DNA of 50,163 nucleotides, counting the filler, from Sphacelaria rigidula (Eukaryota): NCBI GenBank assembly GCA_964200075.2. It is 3 parts of 3 records of this genome, joined end to end, with 100 filler letters (N's around TTAATTAATTAA, not from the genome) between each part and the next. Parts side by side here need not be neighbours in the genome. Positions count along the whole stretch, not along the records: positions 33,515 to 50,163 come from CAXNAA020001290.1; 2 more parts are not named here. The stretch is one strand, 5' to 3'. The position numbers and the translations under genes are program-made. A model generated the notes under the pieces. The model did no database searches. It had not been told where the DNA came from and was given only the letters and a program-made list of their open reading frames with translations. Shown one piece after another: positions 35,822 to 48,538 of this stretch; within the stretch, counting starts at the first letter, position 1, and each line of letters begins with the position of its first letter.

Positions 35822-38800
35822 GCATGTGTGCTGCACGAGCTTGTTGACATGGCCGAGGTGAAGCCAAGCTCCAAGCTCCAAGATGTCTACCGACATTCGG
35901 GTGGAGGGCGGGGTCGTACCCCTGTCACACTGCAGGCAAGAACAATGGGCAAGATTTCCTGCTAGAATGGTCGGAGCGGTTCAAGAAATGTCTTCGTTTG
36001 CGGAACCTTTCGTGCGCGTGGCCTTCCTTTGTAGTCTTGGACAAACTTTTCGCACCATTCCTCCTCTCATGTTGACAATTGTGTTTTGTCTTTGTGTCTT
36101 CCTGTTCGAGAACCGAAGCTTCGCGTGTCGTCCTCGCTAGCATTTGTCTGGCCTTTTGTGGACCGAACAACAATAGAAAGGCGATCCAGCGTGATATCGG
36201 CCCGTGGTGGGCCCGGAAAACCAGCAGCTCAAACATTTACAGCCCGCGTATACCGTGACGACCGGGAAAGCTGTCGGGCGCGGATAGGTTCATCCGTGGG
36301 TCTGTGAATTAAAACTTGTACAGCGTTGAAAACCATGTTAACACCCGTCACGTCGTCACACGGATGGACTCCCTCTTCATGTACGATGCGACCGCGGGTT
36401 CGTGAAGTCAGGTTAATGTGGACATAAGGCAAAAACAAATTAACATGCCAGTGACGGTAACAAGGCCGTTTCATCGAGGGATGGGGAAACCATTTCGAGG
36501 CGATCTTTGAGTTTTGGGACATTCGATGCCGCGAATGATCCCGAGGATCGGAAATGCCGCCACGGCATCATGTTATGAACGCAACAAGCTATGTATGACC
36601 TCACCGAGACGGGTCGATCCGCCAGGCGCTGAGGTGCCGAAACTGTCACCACGCGCCGAAATCCAACGGAAAAATACAAACGTGACGGCAATCTGAAACG
36701 TTTCTGGGACCTTCACAAGTATTACTGTATATATATATACTACGATTTTTTCTCCATTTGGCTTTTCGGCGAGTGGCTGTGTGCGCAACATAGAAGCTTG
36801 GAAAACTTGGAGAATGGTGGAGGTTTCCGCTGTGATGTGATGCACAGTGTTGATGACATCTGGCGGCGATTTCTTTTTATTGGCGGTTAACACAGTGCCA
36901 AAAATCCCCAAGTTTAATCATTTCTTTCAACGTTTCTGCAGTCTTGTAAGGAGCGGCCTCAGGGAATAGTTGTGATACCTCCGCTGTACAGCAAGATTGA
37001 CAAATAGTAGATAGAAGGCACAGGACAACAATAATATAACCAATAGGGCTACTTCCACGAGATGTCGTGTGTTACCGGTGGTTGGACGCGTACTCACCAT
37101 TGACGCGTGTGGCTGCACTATTTCGCCGCTTATTCAACCGAAACACATCCCCATTCTCGCTGCATAGGTGATCGAAGAGCCTGGTGCGCGGAAACGTGGG
37201 AAAGTGCTCGACGCAGCCACCGGACTGCCGTGGAAACAGCCCGACACCGGCTTTCTCGCGGTCACGTTCAAGGTCTCCAGGGAGCTTCCCTCTGAGCGGG
37301 TAAGCGCCCGGTTCCAATTGTTCGCTGATTGCGTGTCGTTCCATGAACCAAGAGTGCCTGTGGAATTACCGGGGAATTGCAGCTGGGTTGAGTGGTCTAC
37401 TACACAAGTGCCGTTTCGACGTCGAAATCCTTCCTTGTCTCTTTTCTCCTTCCCCGTTTCTTTCCCTATACTTGGACGCCGTGGAAGATGTCTTTTCTGA
37501 CCCGACTGTTATTGTTTAGAGCAGCGAACCACCGCGTTTGTGCTCGTGGAAAAAGCGGGTAACATGCTGTCCCATTTTGCAAACACGGAAACGGGCACAA
37601 AGCAGGTGTACCGGGTACCAGATATTTACGTTTCAAGCTGCATTGGACTGTTCAATTGGTCCGCACGCTATTTTTGACGCGGTGGCACGGAGGAGAGGTG
37701 TCTGCAGAAACGTATGGGTTCTCTCTTCGTTTTGTCCCCTTGCCCCCCCCCCCCCGACAAAATGCTCCATCTCGAAAGGGATGCGAGGTCAATGGTATGA
37801 TGACTATGGCATGCATGATCATGAGTACACCCCCCCCCCCTCCACCAAACAAACAAAAGTGCCGATACTCCAGGTGTGACAGTGTTGAAATCACAGGAGT
37901 GAAAGTTCTGTCGAAATACCAATTCTTCTCCCGACAAAGTACTTTGTTTCGAAAGCACCCGACTCCCGTTCTGCAGGCCGTGTATCGATCTCAATAAGAA
38001 ATGACACAGGCACACGGCGGCTGCCCTGGTTCTTCAAGCATAGTTCACCACAATTTGCCGAGTACACAAACCTTCCGAGCGCGATTAAAATAGGGTGCGG
38101 GTACAGATAAGGGCTACTGATTTAGCGCTCTGAAGAAATAGTGTACACTTTTTCTCCGGTTGATATTACAAGAACCCTGAAGTATTACTCTCTCAAGCAA
38201 CCGGTATCTTTGGTTCTCTGAGGTACTCGGCACTGGAAATGAGCTGGGAACCCAGGGTAACCTTGCGTGGGGTTCCTTACCCCAAGCACCTTTGAGGATG
38301 GTTTGTTGATGTTGCTCTCCGATGCTTTCGACTCCTTGCCCGGGAAATATACTTGGTGGCCTCATTATCATTGAGTACATCGGGTACGTATCGGTTTCCG
38401 TTACCCTATGATTACAGACGGACATCCGTATGGTAAAGCCCGCACGTGAAAAAAACAACGAACGCCAGCTCAAGCGACAACCGAATGCGCGAATACAGCT
38501 GCTGACGACGGAAGATCGGCGGTGTTCTACGAAGCAACCACTCGCCAGAACGCTTTGAACCCGTTCCAGCAGTCGCAGTTTCTGCGTTAATGGTCAAAAT
38601 TGAGGTGTAGACCTGATGTCGATGAAAAACACAGAACTTGTTTCGTGCGGAAATGCTGAGCGCGTGTGTACACCGCGTATTGCATACCCATGGAGACTTA
38701 TTGAGGTTGTTTAGCTGAGCAGCACCACAGACAAACGCAATGTTCACAACGTTTTGTCGACAGTTTGTGGGGCTTTTTGCTGCCTCAAACGTTCTAGACC

Positions 38801-41732
38801 AAGAAGCCGAATTTGAGCGTATGGTCATCTCAGCCCCCGCATACCTTACGATCGTATGATAATCAGAATATATGAGCCTCACAGTTCTCTCCTCGGTAGT
38901 TATCAGGGTGCTGCTGCAGCTCGTGGGTAAACTTGAAGCTTCGCTGCCCATCTCGCGAAGCCCATAGACCACACGAGCATGTAAAACATAACTGGGTTCT
39001 GTATCGGCGCGTATCTTTGCACGTGTTACTTTTCGTTTCGTTTCGTTTCTTTCATTTTTATTTTTTCGCGTGCCGTGTACGTGTGTCTCAATCGGGAGAG
39101 TTAGCAGTTAATCGCTTTTTCTACAAATCGTGCGGTGCCCCAATGGCTGAGACGCAACCTGCGTCCATGGCCCTGCTTTGAGTGCGGCGTGCTCACCTGA
39201 AGGCCTGGCAGGGACCCAACGGTGGCTTCCTGGGGAAGGAGCGGGAAGGATGCCACCTCGCTGCCTGGCGCCTCCTCCCCCCCTTTCAGTTTCCAACTCA
39301 ATTTCTTTCCTCGTTTCATTTCGTGTTTCTCCGTTTCTTGTTTTTTTTGCGATGAATGTTCCTCTTCGTTTACCTCGTGCACTTACGTCCACGTTGTGAC
39401 CATGGCGGGACTCGCAGCGTCTCAGCTAATGCATGAGAATCAACCAGATCAACGTCACCCCATGGACAACTGCCCCCACGCCGGCCATTTGTTTGTCGGG
39501 AATGCGCGAAACAACCCCGAATCCGAGGGTTCCGGAACCCTACGGTTCATGACGCCTTGTGATCACCTGTAAATGTCATGGGCCATGATCGAACCGTCGA
39601 AAAATGCTTTTTTCGAATGAGAGACTTTTTACGATAGCCCCCGCCCAGAAGTGCCACGAAACAAATGGTCATGCAGCGCCTGATGTTTGGGTTCAGGCTG
39701 CATGAACCGCCTCATGTGCGCGACATTGGCGAGAACAAACGCAATCGTGGGAATTCCCAGCTGCTCGTTGTGCTTGGCTGGTTCCATTTCGACTTACGTG
39801 AAGATTTTGACTGCCCAAACCAGGCCTGTTTTTTGCGGGGGGCTATTGTAGAAAGTGCCTTTACTGATTTGATCAGTTGGTCGACCGAGTCACATTGATT
39901 GGTGTCGTAGAAATCCGGCTGTGGTCGCAAGAGAGTGGCAACCAAGGTAAATACAAACGAAAACAAAACTCGCTAGAGGGAGCTCGAGAGGGGCGATACA
40001 CCAAGACATGGAGTACTGAGGAGTCATCCTACGATAGGAGGGGGGTATTTTGGGCCATTTTTTGCACGAAATTCCAGGTCAAATCGTCCTTAAAAGCAGC
40101 AACGGTTGCTCGAACAAGCTTGTTACAGGTATGTAAAGCTCATTCATGCCGATTGACATCGTTTTGAACCAAATACAAGCGCACCACGAGTGTGGCAGGT
40201 CGTCTGACACACTCATAAGCCTCGTTTTTTGTGCAATCGAGTACCCCCCCCCTATCGTAGGATGACTCTGAGAAACAAGCAGCAGGGGGAAAAATCATCA
40301 CAACAAAAAGCAAAACAAGGGCAACGAGGAAGGGAAGAAAGGAAGGGAGGAAATTGAAAAATATTGGTCTCGGTCTTGCTACAAGAAAAAACGCCAAACA
40401 ACGACCAGCCTCTGCCGCAAGGCTTGAGGTAAAGAGGCTGTGCAGGGTTACAGGAAACAAAACGGGCGAAATAATGGAGCAAGTACCAATGCAAGCACAT
40501 CACGTCAGAGCAACTACGCCTCACGTTTGTCTGCTACGTGTATATACATATATATATATATGCGTTTCTGATGCCGAGCCAGGATATTTTATCGCCAGAG
40601 GCCTCGTGGACTGCGATGATGCTGGTAATCGGGGAGGACTTCGAGTCTGAAGCGGATAGACTGAACATCCTTCGGCTGATTATGAGAGACACGTACGTCA
40701 CCACCACGCTGGCGCAAAGGCTCATCGATGGACTAGCGAGCCTCGGCATCCCCCCGAGAGACGTCGTGGAGATGTAAGTCACTACTATAGGGCGATGTGT
40801 TCGCTGCGCAGGCTCGCATTGGGGTCAGTTCAAATACCTCCGTCTAGTCCCCCGTGTGATCTTGTTGTTGTCATGTGCCGTAAACTACAAGAGATGTCAC
40901 CCCGGGTCACCCGGTGCCATGTTTTTCACCAACCGTTTATCGACAGGTGCAACCGAGTATTACCAAAGATACCGTTCAAACACAATTTTCGGCTCTACTG
41001 GCCATCGTATCTCGATGATTTATCTGACACGTCTTGAGGCGGCTACGGCGGAAGGATGATTCTCAGAAACTCGACGAGTGCTTTTTCTTTTGAAAAGAAA
41101 AGTCCGAATTCCATCGTTAAAGAGGTGCGGCCCCTGATCGCTAAGAGGAACATTTGACGATCACCACACGCGATTCAGAGATGCTCATGGAACCTATACC
41201 TCCAAAATGTCGGGCGTGCACCGAGGGATAGAGGAGTTGATTCTTTGAGACAACGAATCCCTTCCCAGGAATGACGGGGGACCTGAGTGCTGGAAACAAT
41301 AATGTGGTCCAAATATTTCTATCGAGTTATGATATTCGTCGTGGCATACGGTGATTGGTTCGGTAAGTGAGTTTGGAAGGTGCGTTGCGTACGTGGACCA
41401 CATAGCTCTACGATATCTTCAATGTACGCTAGTGTCCGTGCATTTGGTCCGCACTGAGCAGAGAAATTTGCTCCAGTGCACGCTTGTGGAAAGCTTGAAT
41501 CGTATATCCTTCCCCCCCTGAAATCAAGCTGCGCGCACCAGTATTCATTAAATTGTGCCGGTGTCCTCGTGCACAGTAGAACATGTCATTCCGAGGTGTC
41601 ATTCCCCACCTGAAAGTATATTCAAGCAGAAAACGCGACTGAACAATCAGGGTATGGTCTGGACGCCAGAGTATGAAATTTGGAGAAGGATTCATCAACT
41701 GTTCGGGGGCATGCACCACCGCAGCCACCTCA

Positions 41733-41785
<53 letters not shown>

Positions 41786-44700
41786 TCTCCCTCTCTCTCA
41801 CTTTGGCGGCAGAAAAAGACGGATCTCTGTTTATGAGCTTAAGTCACGTGGGCTCAGTTCCCGCGGGGGCAGGGGGGTGTACTCATGATCATGCATGCCA
41901 TAGTCATTAGACCATTCCATTGGGGGGGCAGGGGGGGGGGTAGTTTTTGATGAATTTATTGTCGCCCTGTAACTGCTCCCCCAGCAGTCCAGTCGTGACT
42001 ACATTATGAGCATGCCCGAGATAAAACAAAATGGAAACACTCGCTGCGGAAAAGCGAAGGAAGCCGCAAAGCGAAAAAGACAAAGTGGACAAGAAGAAGC
42101 TAACACGCAGAAAAAAAAATACACACGAGATATCGGAACAAAATACGAGAAAAGAAGGGAGGAGACTTCGAGTTGTCGGGACGCTTCTCTTCTGACATGT
42201 TCAGGCCCTGCCTCAATCTTCGAATGCAACATCGCCGGAGACGACTTTCATTGTTGTCACTGTGCAGTCAATTACCTTATTTAAAGTGTTAACACTTCTT
42301 ATTTCTTACCTGCTTACTACTCGTGTGTTTATCAGAGCCATCAAGGGTCATCGCCATCCTCATCACCCTCGCCATGTTTCTGTTAACTGTTGTAGATCGA
42401 GCTTTTGGACCCGTGAGAATCGATGATATTCCTGTCGTACATTTGATGTGTGACACACGAAGCGTCACTGTTCGTGAAGGTGGGCACCGTTTTGTCGGCG
42501 TAGGCGGACGGGTTGCTACCATCCAACGTTCAATAAACGCTGGTCTTGGTGTGCTGATTTCGGTCGTGTACTGGACACGATGCTATGTTCAGTGCACGAC
42601 TACGAACTGGCTACCCGCGACGCGCAATGATAGCAACGCTCTGCCTCGTCGTACATCCGAATAGTCTAGAGCAGATCGTGCCACACGATGTGACTACGTG
42701 GAACACGGCGGCAGGCTGCCGAGCAAAAATCAGCGGAAACATGCTTCCAGCGAGGGTTTCAGCACGTGGATGATCATGTCAAGGAACTAATGGCGTGCCG
42801 CCTGAAACCTTGCCTGTTTCCAGGGTTTGGAACCGTGTCATCGATGTGGGAAACCTGTACGATTTTATGTCAAGAAACGTGGAGCACGCAGCACGCCGAG
42901 ATGTTGTGAACATTATCACGCACGAACGGTTCAAGTTTAATTGGAACAACCCCACCGGCCACTACCGCCTGGAGATCAGCAGGAAGGTGACGCCTAGGCA
43001 TCGAGAATCGAGAATGGTTTCCGTGACCATGAGTACACTGCCGTCAGCAACCCGTGGCGTTCGTGTTAGCTTCGATCTATTTTTTCTGGCGACATCGATG
43101 TCGTCTTGTGTATGGGATGAAGTCAAATTGAGAGCTGGGTGGACGGCGACCAAGGTCCGTTTCGATTGTGTATCTGGAGCAGAATAAGGTCTGCCCTGCC
43201 ACTGGAGACTCAACGGTTTTCCCGCAGGGGCTATTTGGAGTTGTTTTGTTAACGTAAACAATGCTGTATATTCCTTTCGAATCTCCAATGGTTGTATGCT
43301 CTGTCGCGGAAGCTCATTTTTTTCGTGTTCGAAACCTGCTCTTTAACCTTCGGTGAGCGCGCGTCATGATCAGGGTGTTTGTGGTCGATCGATGAGCTAC
43401 AATGTACTAAGTATTCAGTACAGGTTAAGGATACCGTAAACAGTGTACGGTGAGAATATGAAGTATGGCTATGTTTGATTGCGCTTCTTGGAGTGCTCTG
43501 TCCAATACAGACGCATCAAAAGGCCAGTAGTCGTGCCAAAATCATATTCCCCTGTTTTGTTGTCCGTGTGTAACCTTGAACGCTCGTGAGACTTGTGAGA
43601 ACAAAAGTCAACCGGTAGTGCAACCCGGGACCTATATTGCAGTGCATTCCGGCTTTGAGACGAGGCCACGAGTATTCGCACAGGCATAGAAAAACGCCCG
43701 AGAAATATCGCAGCCAAAGATTTGAGTTTGCCTTTCTCTCAAGCGTCTCTCACTGTCTCACCACAAAACACGCTCTCCCACGCGGTTCTCGATTTTGTCT
43801 CTTGACCATGTCGCAGCCTCACCGAGAAATCATGACCCTGCTGTCCATGGTCCACGCGATCGAGGTGCAGCAAGGTAAGAGAGAAGGACGCGGAGACACT
43901 TCTCAGGGGCAAAATTGGTCTAACTTCCGTAACGCCCACATGGACAAGGTGAGAAAGGAGATGGCGGAGGACAGCACTCCCGGGATAGTATGGCTTTTCA
44001 ATATTGGGTTTCTCAAGGAGGAGTGAGCTGTAGCCCCAGAGTTATACGCGAAGAGACCGGTTACTACACGATTGCTAATATCAACGCTGATCGATGCCAT
44101 TGGTATGACAATCTTGTGGCAGTCAAAGTGGGAAGTATGATTAGTGGTGGGGTATTACCCCGTCAGCTCTCTGGTACAGCTGGGTGACATTACGTTAACG
44201 CCAACCAGCCACGCTGAATAGGTCCAGGTGTTGATAAACGTGGCGCTGTTCTCCTTGTTTCGTTGTATACTTCGACGGTGGGAGTATTTCAACTAACGGT
44301 GAAAGCACGATGGGTAATCGCCGTAGGTTCCCATCGAGCTAACGGAGGCCGCCACCTACAATCTGCCCACGGATGGAGTGCTGGAGTTCGACTACGTCTC
44401 TACCGCAAAGGCTCCACCCGACTCTGTGCCCGCGACGGATGCCGAGGTAACTCATCTATGACGCGCATGCAACGAATATTCGGCTGTTGAAAGTATCGCT
44501 CTCTCGGAATCGATCATGAGACGGGTGTATCCATCAATGTGCAGGTGGAAACGCTGCAGGAGTCGCTGGGACTTGTCCAGAGAAGGGACTTCGCAGAGAA
44601 GCCCAACTACATGTTGATCCTCCTGCAGCTGCAACAGGCTGCCGCACGGTACTACTTCAGAACGCCTCAGGTATCCATGGCGCCAGCCTACCGTGTGGGG

Positions 44701-47700
44701 CTATCCTGAGAGGTTCGAAACATTTGCGACATCCTAGACTGCCAAAGTGGTAGCGGTGCGAGTTGAGCACAAAACGGTTCAGTGCATTACATGGGCCAGG
44801 GGAATACATGGCTACGAAATACTAATGCCGTGTATGTGAAGCGTTGCTTTTGATCCATGTGAGGCCGCACGCTGAAGAGCGTGACACAAAATGCTACGCT
44901 TGACAACATAAACTCGACAAACACACACAACCACGCACGCTTGAAAATCTAAATGTCGGACCGGACGAATGATACTCCGAAGTTAGCTAGCTCGCATGCT
45001 TTGCTGTTGTGTCGATTGGTTGCCAGGTGTGTCTGAGCCTAAATATCGTGCAATAATAGAAAACCTCACAGGTGTTGTTTGCAGCAATCGTTCGCCCGCA
45101 TATATATCTCGCAGCGCCATTATTCTTTTCCCACTCGGATATACCGTGTACATGGTTGGTGACATTGATACCTTAAAAGTGATCGTCTACCGGTCGCTGG
45201 TTTCGGCCTGCTGGTTCAATTTGAACGCCCTCTTTGTTTTGTACGCGCGAAGGTGAAGCTCATACACGCCATGAAACAGAATTCCTCTTTGTTCCCAAAG
45301 GAGCGGTCGGTAGGAACAGCACGATGAGGGTCGAGCCCCGGCATCGCCGTCCTCTGGTCTTCTCTTCTTTCTTTATTGCGCGTTTCCTCTTGTACAGCTC
45401 TCATTTTGTGTTTTTTCTCGGGTTGAAGAGCAAAGTGCAATGCAATGCCACTCAATGTAATGCGATGTTCGAACTGGGATGTTCTGCGGGTAATCAAACA
45501 CAAACACTGATGGAGTTATGCTACGACAGGGGAGGGGGGGGGGGGGGGTATTTTGGGCCGTTATGTTCCACGAAATTCCATTTCAATCGCCCCTGGAAGC
45601 AACCAATAGTTGTTCGAGCGCGCTTGCTCCCGATAAATAACGCTCACTCGCCCTACATTGAAACGCTTGTACCCAAATACAAGCGCACCGCAGGTGTTTA
45701 AGGTCGTTTGACGCATCTATGAGCACATTTTTTCGTGGAGTCGAACACCCTCTCCGTATCGTAGCATGGCTTCATGGAGCGCAAGAAAAAGCCCGAGGAG
45801 TAAACTGTCGTGCTTTGCGCCCAGGGCGGCGCATGCACAAAAGCCCCTAAGGTTACCCCGTTATACCTCGAAAAACCCCGGCCCGGGAGGCGAACGTTTC
45901 AAATCTGTCCCTCGGGTCGTCAATCCATGTCCTCTACTTTATGGTTCCCCGCGAAGTGTTCCCAGTGTCTGGAAACATTTTGTCTGTAATAGAATATATC
46001 CCCTGGGTCCCTAATCTATGTTCTCTAGCGTATGCTATGCCGCAAGTGTCAATAGTGTGTGAAGAACATTTTGTCTGCGATGGCATTCATCCTATGGCTC
46101 ATATTTGAAGCCGGCCACTCATTGCGGGACATTCGCACAGGTCGATTTTTTTCGGAAAAAGAGAGGTAAGTCTTTGACTTAAATCTCGCTCTTGCCAAAT
46201 CAAGCCATTTCGGGGGGAAATATATCATCTTTCGCCGTCAAGATACCTTCCGTGGGGGAGCAATGCAACGGCAGGGGTTGCACGTTTTCAGCGAAAACGT
46301 TTCTCGGAGCTGCTCGGGGTGTTGGACGGACCATTCTGACAATTGACACCATTTTTACTCGAAAAATACTGGAAATGATGCCGATCCACGAAAAGCCCCC
46401 GCGTGCAAACACCATGTTCCTGGGAGTTCGGGCCCCGGAGGTCTGGGTTGCCCAGCAAGCCCTATATATGTGCGCTCCTACAAAAAAGAGATCAAGAGAC
46501 AAAAGTGCAACCTCTACCGTAGCATTGGTCGGGGCGGTTTCCTCATATGTTAATTGGCTGCCAGGTTTCAAGACCATTTTCCCACCTCTAAAACAAAATC
46601 TCCACGTTCTGTACATGTCATTGGGCGCACGGTATGACCTCTGTGCGTTCAACTCTTCGCTTCAGTGAAATACGAATATACCTGTGGGGATATGGTGGCT
46701 TGATATGTCGTAGGTGGAGCAAATGATTCGCAGCTTCAAGTACTTCGGAGGGTTTGTTAGTATGTTGGCAGAGCTCATCAAATGTTACATCGTGTCTCTC
46801 TATAGCAAAACACAACATCGGTGAACGGGAAAAAAAGACGCCACTAAACTTGCAGTGCTGTGCGAGCAAGCTAACCGTGCACCGCTTTTCCGTTAGCACG
46901 CACCGGCGTAAGGTTCAAAATGCAGCGATACGCGGTTTGTGGTAGGGTTGAATTGTGCATTTCGGTGTCAACATTATTGCGTTCATGAGTGTAGAGTGCG
47001 ACAAAGACAAAATCCGCTCTAACACCATGAGGAGCCCGCCGCACGCAGTACTCCCACACCCTGCCGTGTAGACAAGCGGCCGAGTCATAGTAAAGAGTGG
47101 CTTTGACATTTTTCAATTATTGATAGCAAGTGTTGAACGATTATGTGGTTGTTGAACCCATGTTGGCCGGGTTCTGCCTTCCTTTGTCGCGTTCGTAGAT
47201 TACGGCAAAGTATATATATATATATAGATATAAATTTGGTCGTGATACCACCCGCGGGTCCGTTGTGTCACGTAACTGCGGGTCTGACTTCCTAAGGCAA
47301 TGTAATAACCCGATCAGATTGTATGCCGGTTCTGCCGCTTGTGCGTACAAAAATATATCAACTTCTCATCTTAGTGTAGGTGCACATCCCACCCTCCTTG
47401 TGTTTCCCTGTCGTGCCGGGGGAAAATCCACCGAGGCACGGGAACGGACTTTCAAGTCTCTCGTCATTGGATGGCACGTTTTTATGCCTGTGCTTTTGGC
47501 ATCACTCTCCTCATGTGTCACATTAGCCCGCTTTCTCAAACCCGTGGTGGTCGGGGTACACGGAGATCGGGAGAGGTGCAGCAGCGGGTACACCCAGAGA
47601 TACGTGATGGAGCTTCAGGAACATACGGTGGTAGCGTACGAACAAAGTTTACAATGCCGGTTCGAGCAGTCACACCTCAGCCCGACTGCGAGTTGGACCG

Positions 47701-48538
47701 TCAAACAACATGTGATCACCGCATCGATGTTTTCCCACACCCGTTTTGTGAGAAAAACATTCTGCATAATCGAATATCAAATTTTCCATGCAGGTGGAAG
47801 AAAAATATCATCGTGCCGTACGATACCTGCGACCAATGCAAATAAATATCAGGACATGGTGAGTAGTAATTTCATGTTTATTCGCACCGGGCGTGGGTCA
47901 ATGAATATCCCCTGTTTTTCAGTCATGTGCATCGACGGCTTGCAAACACCGACCAATGTGAAGTTAGTCTTTGGTCAACTTCGTGCCATCTCTCAGAGTT
48001 GTGGTTTTAGGATTTCTTCAACGGTTTGTTCGAAGACGGTGACCAAGCAAACATTTCCATCTGCGAAAGTGCTCATTTTCATGGCAATGATGCCGCGACC
48101 CACTCGGAAACGGAAACCATGACGTCGTTCAAGGGCTCAAAGGTCCAGGTCCTTACCTCCACGTTTAATCGAGAGTGCTTCCTGAACATGTACATAGACA
48201 TACGTATACGTATTCTGCAAGGAATGAGACGTTACATCATCCGTGGTTTTCGCTATCAACCATTTTTTTAAGAAACGTGCACACGGTTTAGATATAAATT
48301 TTGTTCACCGGTAAGCACATGACACGCATCACCGAACGACTTTCCAAGACAGCGCTCCCCTTCCCGCGGTTCACGAAACAACTCAGGTGATTCGCATCGT
48401 AGACTGCTTCCAGCACACGAAGTTGCAGGCCGCGGTCGTGACCGCACTGTTCGGTCGCACCTGGGATCTGGAGAACTTCGACGCCGTTCTAGCTACCTTA
48501 CCGGAAGGCGTGGACAAGCAGGCTGCATCCAGGCTTGG
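35822..48538 (+). CDS. Internal exons of an uncharacterised protein with NPTGHYRL / DTSQxxNWSNFRN / LPxxGxLEFDYVS / LFGRxxDLENF motifs (module I recall from the C-terminal part of stramenopile RNI-like LRR proteins); truncated at both ends
   Basis: Exons 35822-35935 (GC donor), 37168-37299, 40583-40773, 42824-42986, 43817-43948, 44327-44446, 44545-44670, 48387-48538 join in one open frame of about 376 codons with matching phases and AG acceptors. No start or stop codon was found in the contig. Confidence 0.82.
37762..37841 (+). repeat. Member of a dispersed short repeat family (gggatgcgxggtcaatggt...atgact...gcatgca...atgagtacacccccc)
   Basis: Related copies near 22085-22165, 24891-25015, 25450-25520, 34696-34780, 41872-41916 (inverted) and 49665-49726, spread over two contigs. 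Confidence 0.8.
40021..40268. mobile_element. MITE (248 bp), Sola2-like termini
   Basis: Perfect 18-bp TIR gagtcatcctacgatagg / cctatcgtaggatgactc; 4-bp TSD tgag (40017-40020 / 40269-40272); GAG...CTC ends. Confidence 0.8.
41735..41799 (+). repeat. (CT)n microsatellite
   Basis: Long TC dinucleotide run. Confidence 0.95.
45513..45773. mobile_element. Second, more diverged copy of the same MITE
   Basis: Ends gagttatgctacgacaggg...tatcgtagcatggcttc; internal blocks (gtattttgggcc, acgaaattcca, ccaaatacaagcgcacc) are shared with 40021-40268. Confidence 0.75.
46600..47500 (-). pseudogene. Degenerate KDZ (Kyakuja-Dileera-Zisupton)-like transposase relic in an intron
   Basis: TLYYDSAACLHGRVWEYCVRRAPH...FVFV...HERN (47116-46970) resembles the KDZ YDxAC..YC..RxP..F..H motif; many stops and frameshifts; boundaries approximate. 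Confidence 0.4.

Noticed and set aside
38091..38408. hAT-like MITE with TAGGGT...ACCCTA ends
   Set aside because: The TIR match is short and the 8-bp TSD is not convincing
41555..41730. TVEHVIPR, resembling an HNH nuclease motif
   Set aside because: No downstream N/H-Cys motif; the ORF is short and runs into a CT microsatellite
47265..48122. Longest ORF in the track (285 aa, + strand)
   Set aside because: No recognisable domain, lies in an intron, and is probably the antisense of a decayed transposon
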